A stretch of 64,000 nt of DNA from Deinococcota bacterium (GTDB lineage Bacteria; Deinococcota; Deinococci; Deinococcales; Thermaceae), in contig JBGFRI010000014.1 of assembly GCA_041695225.1 (NCBI GenBank), forward strand, positions 96,001 through 160,000, in the 5' to 3' direction. The position numbers were made by a program, and so were the translations under genes. The notes under the pieces were generated by a model. It did not search any database and was not told the DNA's origin. It saw only the letters and a list, made by a program, of their open reading frames with translations. Numbering within the stretch: position 1 is the stretch's first letter; every line of letters begins with the position of its first letter. Below are positions 18,783-28,973 of this stretch, piece by piece.

Positions 18783-20507
18783 CAGTTGTGCCGGCTTGAA
18801 GGGCAGGTACCTGGGCTGCCAGAACCGCTCAGCTACATAGGCCTGGATGGCCTCCATACCCAGGCCCACCAGGCGTTCTTCTCGGGCCAGGCCCTCCCTC
18901 AGGGCCTGGTGGATGACCCTTGAGGCCACATACTGGCTGACCTGGCGTAACTCCGAGGTGGGAGGGTAAACACGGTCAGGGTGCTTTTTACTGGTGTAGT
19001 CGTAAAGAGCATAAGACGCCTCCAGTACCATTGCATCGGAGACCTCACTGGCCTTGGCCAGCACCGTACCAAAACCCAGTCCAGGAAACACAAAAGCATT
19101 GTTACCCTGCCCGATGGGATATGTTTTGCCGCCCAGTTCAACCGGCTCAAATGGGCTTCCCGCAGCCACCAGGGCCTTGCCGTTAGTCCAGCGCAGGATC
19201 TCTTCGGGAATAGCCTCCGACGAGCTGGTGGGATTGGACAAAGGGAATATAACCGGATACTCGGTACTGGCCTGCACAGCCTGCACCACTGGCCCGGTAA
19301 ACGAGCCGGGCTGCCCCGACAGTCCCAACAAGACCGTCACTCTGGCATTCACGATGGTCTCATACAGGTTGGGTATCTCGCCCGCAATCTGCCAGCCCCG
19401 GACGGTGGCGGGGTCTCTGGCGAACTTCTGCTTGTAGCCTTCCATGTTGCGGTTGCTGAGCAACAATCCCTTGGAGTCCAGGACAAACAGACGCTCCAGG
19501 GCTTCCTCCTCAGGCAAACCCTCCCGCATCAAGCCATCCAGAATGGCCTGGGCCACCCCAGCCCCGCCGGCGCCCGCTCCATAGACCAGAACGCGCTGGT
19601 CGGAAAGGTTCTGGCCCTTGATTCGGCATGCCGACAGCACCCCGGCCAGCGTGACCGCCCCGGTGCCCTGGATGTCGTCGTTAAACGAAGGAAGCACTTT
19701 GCGGTAACGCTCTAGCACAGCAAAGGCGGTATCTTTGCTAAAGTCTTCCCACTGCATCACCGCATGGGGGTAGCGCTGGTGGAAGGCCTCCACGAAGCGA
19801 TCCATAAAGGCGTAGTACTCTGCCCCGGTCAGGCGGCGGTGGCGGACCCCCAGATACAGCGGATCGTTGATCAGATCGGCGCGGTTGGTGCCCACATCCA
19901 GCTCGATGGGCAAGGCTTTGTCGGGCCCCAGCCCCCCTGCCGCGGTGTAGATCGCCAGTTTACCAATCGAAATTGCCAGCCCCCCGAAACCCTGGTCGCC
20001 AATGCCCAGAATGGCCGACGAGTCGGTGGCGACGGCCAGGCGCACATCGTTGATGGGGATGTTGGAGAGGGCTTCTTCGATATGGTGAATGTTGTCTGTC
20101 GAGGCGGTAAACCCGCGCGGGTAGCGGTAGATGTTGGAAAACTGCTTGACGGCTTCTCCCACGGTGGGGGTATAAAGGATGGGCAGCATCTCGCTCAGGT
20201 GATCGACAAACAGGGCAAAGAAAAGCACCTCGTTGCGGTCTTGCAGGTTACGCAGAAAGATATGCTTCTCCAGATCGTTTTCAATCAGGCGATAGCGACG
20301 ATAATTGCGCTCTTTTTGCTCTTCTAAGGTAGCGGCATGGGGTGGCAACAAGCCCTCGAGCCTGAGCACCTTGCGTTCTTCATGCGTAAAAGCCGTTCCT
20401 TTGTTCAAGAGCGGCAAACCCAGCAAGAGCGACCCGACCACAAAGGGCTCAATATACCGCTTACCCCGTTGATCGCGCTTGACATCGTAGTACCGGCTGA
20501 CAACCAT
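18774..20507 (-). CDS. maeA: NAD-dependent malic enzyme
   Basis: [48 protein letters not shown] and FPLSNPTS motifs. Confidence 0.95.
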   Translation of the reverse strand: MVVSRYYDVKRDQRGKRYIEPFVVGSLLLGLPLLNKGTAFTHEERKVLRLEGLLPPHAATLEEQKERNYRRYRLIENDLEKHIFLRNLQDRNEVLFFALFVDHLSEMLPILYTPTVGEAVKQFSNIYRYPRGFTASTDNIHHIEEALSNIPINDVRLAVATDSSAILGIGDQGFGGLAISIGKLAIYTAAGGLGPDKALPIELDVGTNRADLINDPLYLGVRHRRLTGAEYYAFMDRFVEAFHQRYPHAVMQWEDFSKDTAFAVLERYRKVLPSFNDDIQGTGAVTLAGVLSACRIKGQNLSDQRVLVYGAGAGGAGVAQAILDGLMREGLPEEEALERLFVLDSKGLLLSNRNMEGYKQKFARDPATVRGWQIAGEIPNLYETIVNARVTVLLGLSGQPGSFTGPVVQAVQASTEYPVIFPLSNPTSSSEAIPEEILRWTNGKALVAAGSPFEPVELGGKTYPIGQGNNAFVFPGLGFGTVLAKASEVSDAMVLEASYALYDYTSKKHPDRVYPPTSELRQVSQYVASRVIHQALREGLAREERLVGLGMEAIQAYVAERFWQPRYLPFKPAQLSQ

Positions 20508-20618
20508 AGCGATTATGCTACGCTAGCAGCCTGTCAAGGGTCTAGGGTCGAGTGTCCAGGGGCAGGGTTTGACGCAAGAAAGGTGGTTTCGTTGTCGTAA
20601 GCGCAATGAAGGAGAGTG

Positions 20619-20715
20619 TGTCATTCCGAGGAGCGTTTCTTGCGACGAGGAATCTTTTGCTGACAAGCAAACAATACATTGTGCTGCAAAGGATTCCTCA
20701 TTGCTCGAAATGACA
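20619..20715. repeat. Composite palindromic (REP/REPIN-like) element with terminal inverted repeats TGTCATT ... AATGACA
   Basis: tgtcattccgaggagc...gcgacgaggaatcttttgc [spacer] gcaaaggattcctc attgctcgaaatgaca folds into one long hairpin. Confidence 0.75.
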
Positions 20716-20850
20716 ACGATTTAGCAGTTTAGCTTGATAATTATTCACTTATACCATTATCGAGTAGACCCTAGCGGCCATGGACAAGGTTGATGGGTAA
20801 AAGGCACTTCGCCTGCTAAGCAGAGGGTGAGGGGGATCTCCCAGCTATAG

Positions 20851-21954
<1,104 letters not shown>

Positions 21955-21985
21955 AGACCCGGCGTAATAACCTTGATTACTATGA

Positions 21986-22311
21986 GCTATCCGTGGCTTC
22001 GACTACTACAGCACCTTGACCGGGAGGATCGAATCGGGCGGAGCGGGCCGGATGACGGTCTGGCTCCTCTATACCGACTACCATCGCCGCTGTCTCTACC
22101 CGCGCCAGGTCTTTTTCCCGATGGTCGGCGAACAGGAGGGCTGGGCGCAGCTGGCCAGGAATATCCAGGCCGAGATAGACGAGGAGCTCATCGAAGCCTA
22201 CCGACGAACGGTGTCGCTGCCCTTCGAGTCGGGCCAGCACAAGCGCATCGGGGTCAAGATCGTGGATGACGAGGGATCGAGAGCCTGCAGGTGATGGAGG
22301 TCGGAGAATGA
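21986..22311 (+). pseudogene. C-terminal remnant of a type III R-M methyltransferase (Mod) subunit
   Basis: Reads IRGFDYYSTLTGRIESGG..WLLYTDY...YPRQVFFPM...AEIDEELIEAYRRTVSLPF....RIGVKIVDD, then after a 1-nt deletion GIESLQVMEVGE*. This resembles the KIVDDRGIESL C-terminus of type III Mod proteins. No N-terminal part is present. Confidence 0.75.
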
Positions 22312-22613
22312 AAACCCACGTCTCCTTTTCTAAAGAAGAGCTGGGCGCCTTCTGTCGGAAGCATGGAATACGGCGGCTGGCCATTTTCGGTTCGGCGCTG
22401 CGGTCTGATTTCGGGCCAGATAGCGACATTGACCTCCTCGTTGACTTTTATCCGGATAGAATCCCAACCTTATTCGATATCGCCGGCATGGAGCAGGAGG
22501 CAGCGAAACTATTTGGTGGACACAAGGTAGATTTGCGCACCCCTGAGGATCTGAGTCGCTATTTCCGGGCGCAGGTCTTGGCAGAAGCCGAGGAGCAATA
22601 TGCGTCCGAATGA
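22308..22613 (+). CDS. Minimal nucleotidyltransferase (MNT) antitoxin
   Basis: FGSALRSDFGPDSDIDLLV (GS-x10-DxD) and KVDL; start at ATG 22308, overlapping the Mod-remnant stop. Confidence 0.92.
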   Translation: MKTHVSFSKEELGAFCRKHGIRRLAIFGSALRSDFGPDSDIDLLVDFYPDRIPTLFDIAGMEQEAAKLFGGHKVDLRTPEDLSRYFRAQVLAEAEEQYASE

Positions 22614-22944
22614 CCTGATCCGTTTACACCACATTCTGGATGCTGCGCACCAGGCCGGCGAGTTCGTCCGCAATCGTTCCCGTGAGGACCTCGATCGCGA
22701 TAGACAACTTGTGTGGGCGTTGGTGAAGGCGGTCGAGATCATTGGCGAGGCCGCGTATCAACTGAGTCCAGAGGCCAGGCAAGAAATACCCGGCGTCGCC
22801 TGGGACAAGGCCATCGGGATGCGCCACCGGCTGGTCCATGCCTATTTCGATATCAACCTTGACATTCTTTGGAAGACGGTCAAGGAGGGTCTGCCGCCAC
22901 TCATCGAGGAGATTAGGAGGTCGCTGCCTCCGGAGGCGCCCTGA
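22600..22944 (+). CDS. HEPN (DUF86) ribonuclease toxin
   Basis: EIIGEAA and GMRHRLVHAYFDIN (R-x4-H-x-Y); overlaps the MNT gene. Confidence 0.92.
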   Translation: MRPNDLIRLHHILDAAHQAGEFVRNRSREDLDRDRQLVWALVKAVEIIGEAAYQLSPEARQEIPGVAWDKAIGMRHRLVHAYFDINLDILWKTVKEGLPPLIEEIRRSLPPEAP

Positions 22945-23130
22945 TGCCCCGCACCACCTCTTCGGCCACGCTCAGGGCAGGCATTGAACGCCTCATCGTC
23001 AACTCGCCCTACCAGGAGCTGGCGCAGTGCTGGCACTACCAGGGCAAGTCGCGTCTGTTAGCTCTCGTCTAGGACAGCCGCCGGTCAGCGCTATACGTAG
23101 TGGCCTCCGGCGATTCCAGAGCGTCTTCGA
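22944..23130 (+). pseudogene. N-terminal remnant of a type III restriction (Res) subunit
   Basis: ATG 22944 gives MPRTT[SSATLRAG]IERLIVNSPYQELAQCWHY...LV*DSRRSALYVVASGDSRA. This resembles the IDRLIINSPYEEP..HW.Y...RRPAGYVVAS N-terminus of type III Res proteins. In-frame TAG at 23070. Confidence 0.7.
22959..22982 (+). repeat. 24-bp dispersed repeat (CTTCGRCNNGCTCAGGGCAGGC family), copy 1
   Basis: tcttcggccacgctcagggcaggc; related copies at 27850 and 34970. Confidence 0.75.
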
Positions 23131-23362
23131 ACAGGCCTTCATCGGAATTTGGCCCCAGCCATAACTCACCCTGACCCCCAGAGCCTACCGGACTCGGGAA
23201 TACCCGCAAATGCCTTCACCAGTTCAAAAAGTGGAGCGGGCAAACAGCGCTGCTGTTCCTCGAGCTTCTGGAAGCCCACGGAAAAACCGATGAATGGCCA
23301 ATACCGTGGGTCTAAAGTAGACAGAGTTTAACTCTCGACACTCGAGCCTGGTCCTCTGCCTC

Positions 23363-23857
23363 CTAGCCTGCAATCGGCTTATCCAGCTCAAAAGCGCTGT
23401 GCACGGCGCGAAGCGCAGCCTCGGCCGACTGCAAAGGGATGATGGCCGAGACCCGCACCTCGCTGGTGGCAATCATCTCGATGTTGGCCCCTACGCTGGC
23501 CAGGGCCCCGAACATCCGGGCCGGAATACCTGGTGTCGAGGCCAGCGCCACCCCCACAATGGAAATCTTACAAATGTCGCGCCGCAACTGGGCTTCGCCG
23601 CCAATTTCGGCCAGCACAGGCTCCAGAGCCTCCAGGGCATCTTCGACAAAATCCTGGTTGACGGTAAAGGCCATCTGGGTACGGCTGGCCTCGTGGCCGG
23701 GCACTCCCTGAATTATCATGTCCACCGCCACACCGTTGCGCCCCAGTGCCTCGAAGACCCGAGCCGCAATTCCAGGCCGGTCGGGGATGCCTATCAGGCC
23801 AATCTGGGCAATTTCATCGTCTAGCGCCACACCCGTCACAGGGCGATCGAGTTCCAT
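23363..23857 (-). CDS. askB: Nested in-frame aspartate kinase beta subunit
   Basis: Internal GGAGG (23863-23867) just upstream of Met245 (MELDRPVTGVALD), at the ACT-domain boundary, as in the alpha2beta2 aspartokinases of Thermus and Corynebacterium. Confidence 0.75.
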   Translation of the reverse strand: MELDRPVTGVALDDEIAQIGLIGIPDRPGIAARVFEALGRNGVAVDMIIQGVPGHEASRTQMAFTVNQDFVEDALEALEPVLAEIGGEAQLRRDICKISIVGVALASTPGIPARMFGALASVGANIEMIATSEVRVSAIIPLQSAEAALRAVHSAFELDKPIAG

Positions 23858-24589
23858 ACCATCCTCCGTAACTATAGTGCCTGGGTTATAGGAAAAGCTG
23901 CTGCGCACATGGATTTTCACGCCATAGCGCTTGCCGTAATAGACCGCCCTGGGGTGCAGAACCCGCGCTCCCAGCGCGGCCAGCTCGAGCATCTGGTCGT
24001 AGCCGATGCGGGGAAGCTTTTGGGCCTCGGGAATAGCATGGGGGTCGGTGGTGTAGACCCCCTCGGTGTCGGTAAATATTTCGCACTCGTCCGCCCCTAG
24101 GGCCGCCGCGATGGCCACTGCAGTGGTATCGGATCCACCTCGGCCTAAGGTGGTCAATTCGCCCTGGGGGGTAGTACCCATGAAGCCCGCGATAACTGCC
24201 ACTTCTCTCCTGTCCAGTAGTTGCTGCACAAGCGTGGGCTCTACCCGCAGAATTCGGGCATCGCCATAGCGCCCATCGGTGGTAATGCCAATCTGGTTTT
24301 GGGTTAAGCCCCTGGCCGGTATCCCCATCGCGTTGAGCTGCATCGAGAGCAAGGCCACCGACTGCTGCTCGCCAATAGTGGTGAGCATATCTAGCTCACG
24401 CTGCGGCGGGCGCTTGTTGACCCGTTTGGCCAGAGCAATCAGTTCATCGGTCATGCGCCCCATGGCCGAGACCACCACTGCAATCTGGTGGCCCTTCTGG
24501 CGGTAGTGTTCAATGCGCTGGGCTACCTTGCGAATGCGATCGAGGTCGCCCAGACTGGTACCACCGTACTTTTGCACGATCAAACCCAT
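23363..24589 (-). CDS. ask: Aspartate kinase (alpha subunit, with two ACT domains)
   Basis: VQKYGGTS, VVVSAMG, TTLGRGGSDTTA, TDTEGVYTTDP, GARVLH. Confidence 0.96.
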   Translation of the reverse strand: MGLIVQKYGGTSLGDLDRIRKVAQRIEHYRQKGHQIAVVVSAMGRMTDELIALAKRVNKRPPQRELDMLTTIGEQQSVALLSMQLNAMGIPARGLTQNQIGITTDGRYGDARILRVEPTLVQQLLDRREVAVIAGFMGTTPQGELTTLGRGGSDTTAVAIAAALGADECEIFTDTEGVYTTDPHAIPEAQKLPRIGYDQMLELAALGARVLHPRAVYYGKRYGVKIHVRSSFSYNPGTIVTEDGMELDRPVTGVALDDEIAQIGLIGIPDRPGIAARVFEALGRNGVAVDMIIQGVPGHEASRTQMAFTVNQDFVEDALEALEPVLAEIGGEAQLRRDICKISIVGVALASTPGIPARMFGALASVGANIEMIATSEVRVSAIIPLQSAEAALRAVHSAFELDKPIAG

Positions 24590-24673
24590 AGCTAACTGTG
24601 AATGCTAACACGCTGGCAGCCGATAGCCAAGGCCTGTAGCGAATCACAACCTGGCTTTGTTATTACTATCAAC

Positions 24674-24722
24674 TTAGACTATAGACTATAGACTATAGAC
24701 TATTGGCTATAAGCTATAAGCC
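24674..24722. repeat. Heptamer tandem repeat (AGACTAT x4, then GCTATAA x2)
   Basis: ttagactatagactatagactatagactattggctataagctataagcc in the ask/cupin divergent region. Confidence 0.85.
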
Positions 24723-24734
24723 GAGGTCAAAAAC

Positions 24735-25067
24735 ATGCAGATCTTTCCCGAATGGTTCAAAGCCTTCAAGCAGGTCGAAATCTGGCAGGGGATGCAGATG
24801 GCAGTGCTGTCGGGGCACAAAGGGCAGGTGGGCTTCGCCCAGGTTGCCCAGGAGACTTTTGTGCCCGAGCACGCCCACGACGGGCAGTGGGGCGTGGTGC
24901 TGGAGGGCGAGGTAGAGTTTATTATTGGCGGCGAGAAGCGAGTTTTCCGCAAGGGCGACTATTACCACATCCCTGGCGGGGTTCCCCATAGTGCAAAGCT
25001 GGCAGCGGGCACAGCATTCATTGACTGTTGGGAAAACGAGCGCTTCCCGCCCGATCGGCTCAAGTAG
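24735..25067 (+). CDS. Cupin-domain protein
   Basis: PEHAHDGQWGVVLEGEV ... IPGGVPHS cupin motifs; GAGG RBS. Confidence 0.85.
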   Translation: MQIFPEWFKAFKQVEIWQGMQMAVLSGHKGQVGFAQVAQETFVPEHAHDGQWGVVLEGEVEFIIGGEKRVFRKGDYYHIPGGVPHSAKLAAGTAFIDCWENERFPPDRLK

Positions 25068-25075
25068 GGGACGCC

Positions 25076-25846
25076 ATGTACCAGAACATCCTGGTGGAGA
25101 CCCACGCTAAGGTGGGGCTGGTCAGGCTCAACCGGCCTCGGCAGCTCAACGCCCTCAATACCCCAACCCTGAGCGAGCTGGCCCAGGCCATGCTGGCTTT
25201 CGATCAGGACCAAGCCATTGGGGCCATGGTCATCACCGGCAACGAGCGGGCTTTTGCCGCAGGGGCCGATATTGCCGAGTTTCAACAGACCTCCCTGGCC
25301 GAGCTGATGAAGGGTCTTAGGGCCGACCAATACGAGGTTTTGCGCAAGGTTCGCAAGCCCCTTATTGCCGCTGTCTCGGGCTATGCCTATGGGGGCGGCT
25401 CTGAGCTGGCCATGCTCTGCGATCTGATTGTGGCTTCCGACACCGCCAGATTCGCCCAGCCGGAGCTTAACCTGGGCATCATTCCCGGCGGAGGCGGCAC
25501 CCAGCGCCTGACCCGACAGGTGGGGAAGTACCTAGCGATGGAGATGATACTGGCGGGCCGGGTGTTCTCGGCCTGGGAAGCGCTGCAACACGGGCTGGTC
25601 AACCGGGTGGTTCCAGTTGAGCTTTACCTCGAGGAGGCCCTCGAGCTGGCCCAGGCCATTGCGGGCCGCGCACCCCTGGCGGTGCGACTGGCCAAAGACG
25701 CAGTTAACCGCGCCCGGGACCTGAGCCTGGAGCACGGGCTGGGTTTTGAGCGCAGCAACTTCCTGATCGCTTTTGGCAGCGAAGACAAGCAGGAGGGCAC
25801 CACCGCTTTTGTGGAAAAGCGCAGGCCGCAGTGGAAAGGGAAGTGA
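25076..25846 (+). CDS. Enoyl-CoA hydratase (PaaF-like)
   Basis: LNRPRQLNAL, AFAAGADI, GGGSELAM, FAQPELNLGIIPGGGGTQRL; start at ATG 25076. Confidence 0.92.
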   Translation: MYQNILVETHAKVGLVRLNRPRQLNALNTPTLSELAQAMLAFDQDQAIGAMVITGNERAFAAGADIAEFQQTSLAELMKGLRADQYEVLRKVRKPLIAAVSGYAYGGGSELAMLCDLIVASDTARFAQPELNLGIIPGGGGTQRLTRQVGKYLAMEMILAGRVFSAWEALQHGLVNRVVPVELYLEEALELAQAIAGRAPLAVRLAKDAVNRARDLSLEHGLGFERSNFLIAFGSEDKQEGTTAFVEKRRPQWKGK

Positions 25847-25930
25847 GGAGAGCAGGGGTGCAGGGGCGCTCAGGAGAAAGAGCTGAGGCTGTTGGCTGTA
25901 CATTATCCCCATCCCCTTGTCACAGACGCT

Positions 25931-26428
25931 ATGGCTGAACCAAGTATCCAACTGATTCTTACCTTGCTCGACCAGGCCTACAATAAGCCCACCTGGCATG
26001 GTTCCAACCTGCGCAGTTCGCTGCGAGGGGTTGGGGTCCGGGAGGCGCTCTGGCGGCCCCAGCCACAGCGTCACTGTATCTGGGAGTATGTGCTGCACTG
26101 TGCGTACTGGAAATACCTGGCCACTGGCGCCTTGCTAAGGGAGCGGGAGCGAGGCTCCTTTCCTCGCAGGCCCTCTAACTTTCCGGCCATACCGAACAAG
26201 CCCACGGCCAGAGCCTGGAAAGTAGACCTGGCGCTCCTGCACCAGGCTCATCTGGAGCTGCGGCGGGCAGTGGCTGCCCTGGAGCCCGCAGACCTGGAGC
26301 AGAAATGGGGCCGGTGGACGCTGGCCGAACACGCATTCGGCGCAGCCAACCACGATCTCTACCATGCGGGACAGATAAGACTGTTAAGACGGATGCAGGC
26401 CAGCCCGCCAGACCAGGAGGACTCATGA
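25931..26428 (+). CDS. DinB/YfiT-family protein
   Basis: WHG, HCIWEYVLHCAYWK and HDLYHAGQI motifs. Confidence 0.85.
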   Translation: MAEPSIQLILTLLDQAYNKPTWHGSNLRSSLRGVGVREALWRPQPQRHCIWEYVLHCAYWKYLATGALLRERERGSFPRRPSNFPAIPNKPTARAWKVDLALLHQAHLELRRAVAALEPADLEQKWGRWTLAEHAFGAANHDLYHAGQIRLLRRMQASPPDQEDS

Positions 26429-27195
26429 GTGTGCTGCTAAGTGATTTTCAAAACGGCATCGTGACCCTGACCATGAACCGGCCAGATACCGTGAATGCCT
26501 TTACCACCGAGATGCTGCGCGAACTCGGCAAGGCTTTTGGCAAAGAAGCCGCCCAGCCCGAGGTTCGGGTAGTGGTTTTGCGTGGTGCAGGGCGGGGTTT
26601 TTGCTCGGGGCAGGATTTGCGCGAGTTTGAGGGCAAAATTGTCTCCTACAAGTCCCACCTTCGCCACTACCAGACCGTGGTGGAGAATATCGTCAGCCTG
26701 GAAAAGCCAGTTATTGCCGCCGTCCATGGGGCAGCAGCCGGGGCCGGGATGTCGCTGGCCCTGGCCTGCGATCTACGGGTGGCAGCCGCGGATGCCGTAT
26801 TCAGCAGCGGGTTTAGCAAAATCGGCCTGATTCCCGATGCGGGCATGAACTATCATCTGCCCCGCATCGTTGGCTATGCTCGAGCCTTCGAGATAGAAGC
26901 CCTGTCGGGTCGGATCGAGGCCCAGGAAGCCCTGGCCATGGGCCTGGTAAACCGGGTGGTCGCAGTGGACACTTTTGCCGAGGAGGTGGGCAGACTTGCC
27001 GCCGGGCTGGCCCAGGGTCCCACCAGGGCCTATGGATTAATCAAGCGGGCCCTGCAACGCAGCGCCAGCGCGACGCTTCAGGAGATGCTTGAGTACGAGG
27101 CCCTGCTACAAGAGGTCGCGGGCCGTACCGAGGACCATCAAGAGGGAGTACAGGCCTTCTTGCAGAAGCGGCCACCCAGGTATAGCGGAAAGTAA
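26425..27195 (+). CDS. Enoyl-CoA hydratase/isomerase (PaaG-like)
   Basis: GFCSGQDL, GAAAGAGMSLALACD, IGLIPDAG; GGAGG RBS; start at ATG 26425. Confidence 0.9.
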   Translation: MSVLLSDFQNGIVTLTMNRPDTVNAFTTEMLRELGKAFGKEAAQPEVRVVVLRGAGRGFCSGQDLREFEGKIVSYKSHLRHYQTVVENIVSLEKPVIAAVHGAAAGAGMSLALACDLRVAAADAVFSSGFSKIGLIPDAGMNYHLPRIVGYARAFEIEALSGRIEAQEALAMGLVNRVVAVDTFAEEVGRLAAGLAQGPTRAYGLIKRALQRSASATLQEMLEYEALLQEVAGRTEDHQEGVQAFLQKRPPRYSGK

Positions 27196-27204
27196 ACTGT
27201 TCTT

Positions 27205-27786
27205 GTGATTCGTTGCCTAAAGGGGACGGTGCTCAAAAAGGGCCTAAATAGTGTGGTTTTGCTGGTTGGCGGAGTAGGCCTCGAAGCAGGCTGCCCCGGC
27301 TCTACGCTGGCCCAGTTGACCGAAGGGCAGACGGCCACCCTGCACACTAAGCTAATTGTTCGCGAAGATGAGCTGTCCCTTTATGGTTTTGCCGACGAGC
27401 GCAGCCTGGAACTGTTTGAGTTGTTGCTCTCGGTCTCGGGGGTGGGGCCAAGGGTTGCCCTCAACCTGCTTTCTTCGCAAAGCCCTGCGCTGCTGGCCAG
27501 GGCGCTGACCGAGGGCGACCTGGGCTTGCTAACGGCTGCTCAGGGTGTGGGCAAGAAACTGGCGGAACGGATTGCGCTCGAGCTGCGGGGTAAGGTTCCC
27601 GCCCACCTGATGGGTGAAGGCGGGGCTATTGTACGCACTTCCAGCACCCAGGAGGCCGAGCTTGCCCTGGTCACGCTGGGTTTCCGCGAGGGTCAGGTGC
27701 GCAGCGTGGTGGCCGAGATCGCCCAGAAAAGCCCCGAGTCCGGCACCCAGGAGCTCATCAAGCTGGCCTTGAAAGCGCTGCGCTGA
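27205..27786 (+). CDS. ruvA: Holliday junction branch migration protein RuvA
   Basis: VREDELSLYGF, LLSVSGVGPRVA, GVGKKLAERIALEL, ALVTLGF. Confidence 0.96.
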   Translation: MIRCLKGTVLKKGLNSVVLLVGGVGLEAGCPGSTLAQLTEGQTATLHTKLIVREDELSLYGFADERSLELFELLLSVSGVGPRVALNLLSSQSPALLARALTEGDLGLLTAAQGVGKKLAERIALELRGKVPAHLMGEGGAIVRTSSTQEAELALVTLGFREGQVRSVVAEIAQKSPESGTQELIKLALKALR

Positions 27787-27849
27787 GCAGCCATCTCAGA
27801 TAGACATCGTTTCAATAGCTAACTGCCATGGTGAGCCCCCCTCTACTGC

Positions 27850-27890
27850 CCCTTCGGCAGGCTCAGGGCAGGCTCCTTCGGCAGGCTCAG
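27850..27890 (+). repeat. 24-bp dispersed repeat family, about 1.7 tandem copies
   Basis: cccttcggcaggctcagggcaggc tccttcggcaggctcag. Confidence 0.8.
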
Positions 27891-28184
27891 TACATGCGCA
27901 GCAACAATGACATTTTGGAGTGAACAACGACAGGCTATGGGCTGTTTTTTCACCAGGAATTGCCTGCATCTGGCTTAGTAATTCCTCGCTCGTCTTAAGT
28001 CCCCGCTGCTGAGCCGGGGATGGAATCTATTCAACAGTACGGGCAGACTGCGGTTCGACCCTCGTCTACACACTCCGCGATCTCTTTGGTAGAAGATGCG
28101 CAGGTAGTGAAAAACAACCACACAACACACTTTGCAAAGTGTTATCGCGGTTGGGGGCTGAGTACTGGTGGGCATACTGGTAAG

Positions 28185-28964
28185 TCACAAAGCCTTTAGC
28201 CAGGGTAGCATCTGTAGCAGGTTGGTAACCTCGAGGTCTGCCGCATACCTGGGGTCTTTGGGCTTAAAGCCGCGCTCGACCCAGACCGATCTCATGCCCG
28301 CGTTGGCAGCGCCGGCCACATCGCGCCCGGGGTTGTCGCCCACCATCACACAGGCCGAGGGCTCCACATCTAGCTGCTTGCAGATGTGCTCGAAGATACC
28401 GCGCTGGGGCTTGCCAATGTCGAGCTCACCGGAGACGGCAATGGCCTGAAAGTAGCCCAGCAGTCCGGAACCCTGAAGCTTTTCGCGCTGCAAATCAGGC
28501 ACTCCGTTGGTAACGAGGCCTAGCTTGTAGCCAGACAGGGCCTTGAGTAACTGGTCAACCTCCGGGTAGCGCGGGTACAACCGTCGTTGACAAAAGAAGC
28601 GCTGGGTCAGGGCTTCGCACAGGGGATGGTCTTGTATCCCCTGGTCGGCCAGGGATTCTTTCCAGACCTCCAGGCGAAAGCCCGCTGCCCACTGGTGCAG
28701 CGTAAGGAGGGCGGGGTGGGTCTGCACCTCGTAGCGGGCCCAGAGCCCCTCAGCCGCACTGTGACCGATGCGCTGGGTATACTCAAAGACTCCAGAGGTC
28801 TGCCAGAGCCGTACTGCTGCCTCCTCGGCGGCCTGCACCAGGCGCGGGAGATCCAGGCTGTACCAGGAAGCAGCATAAAAGGCGCAACTTTGCAGGGCAT
28901 GTAGCGAGACCGGATGATCGAGGATCAAGGTCTCGTCGAGGTCAAAGAGAATGGCCTGTATCAT
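28185..28964 (-). CDS. HAD-superfamily hydrolase
   Basis: FDLDETL, VTNG, GKP and MVGDN..RDV motifs I-IV. Confidence 0.9.
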   Translation of the reverse strand: MIQAILFDLDETLILDHPVSLHALQSCAFYAASWYSLDLPRLVQAAEEAAVRLWQTSGVFEYTQRIGHSAAEGLWARYEVQTHPALLTLHQWAAGFRLEVWKESLADQGIQDHPLCEALTQRFFCQRRLYPRYPEVDQLLKALSGYKLGLVTNGVPDLQREKLQGSGLLGYFQAIAVSGELDIGKPQRGIFEHICKQLDVEPSACVMVGDNPGRDVAGAANAGMRSVWVERGFKPKDPRYAADLEVTNLLQMLPWLKAL

Positions 28965-28973
28965 GCTCTAAAT

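Noticed and set aside
22016..22294. 93-codon ORF as a functional small gene
   Set aside because: It is better explained as the frameshifted C-terminal stub of a type III Mod gene.
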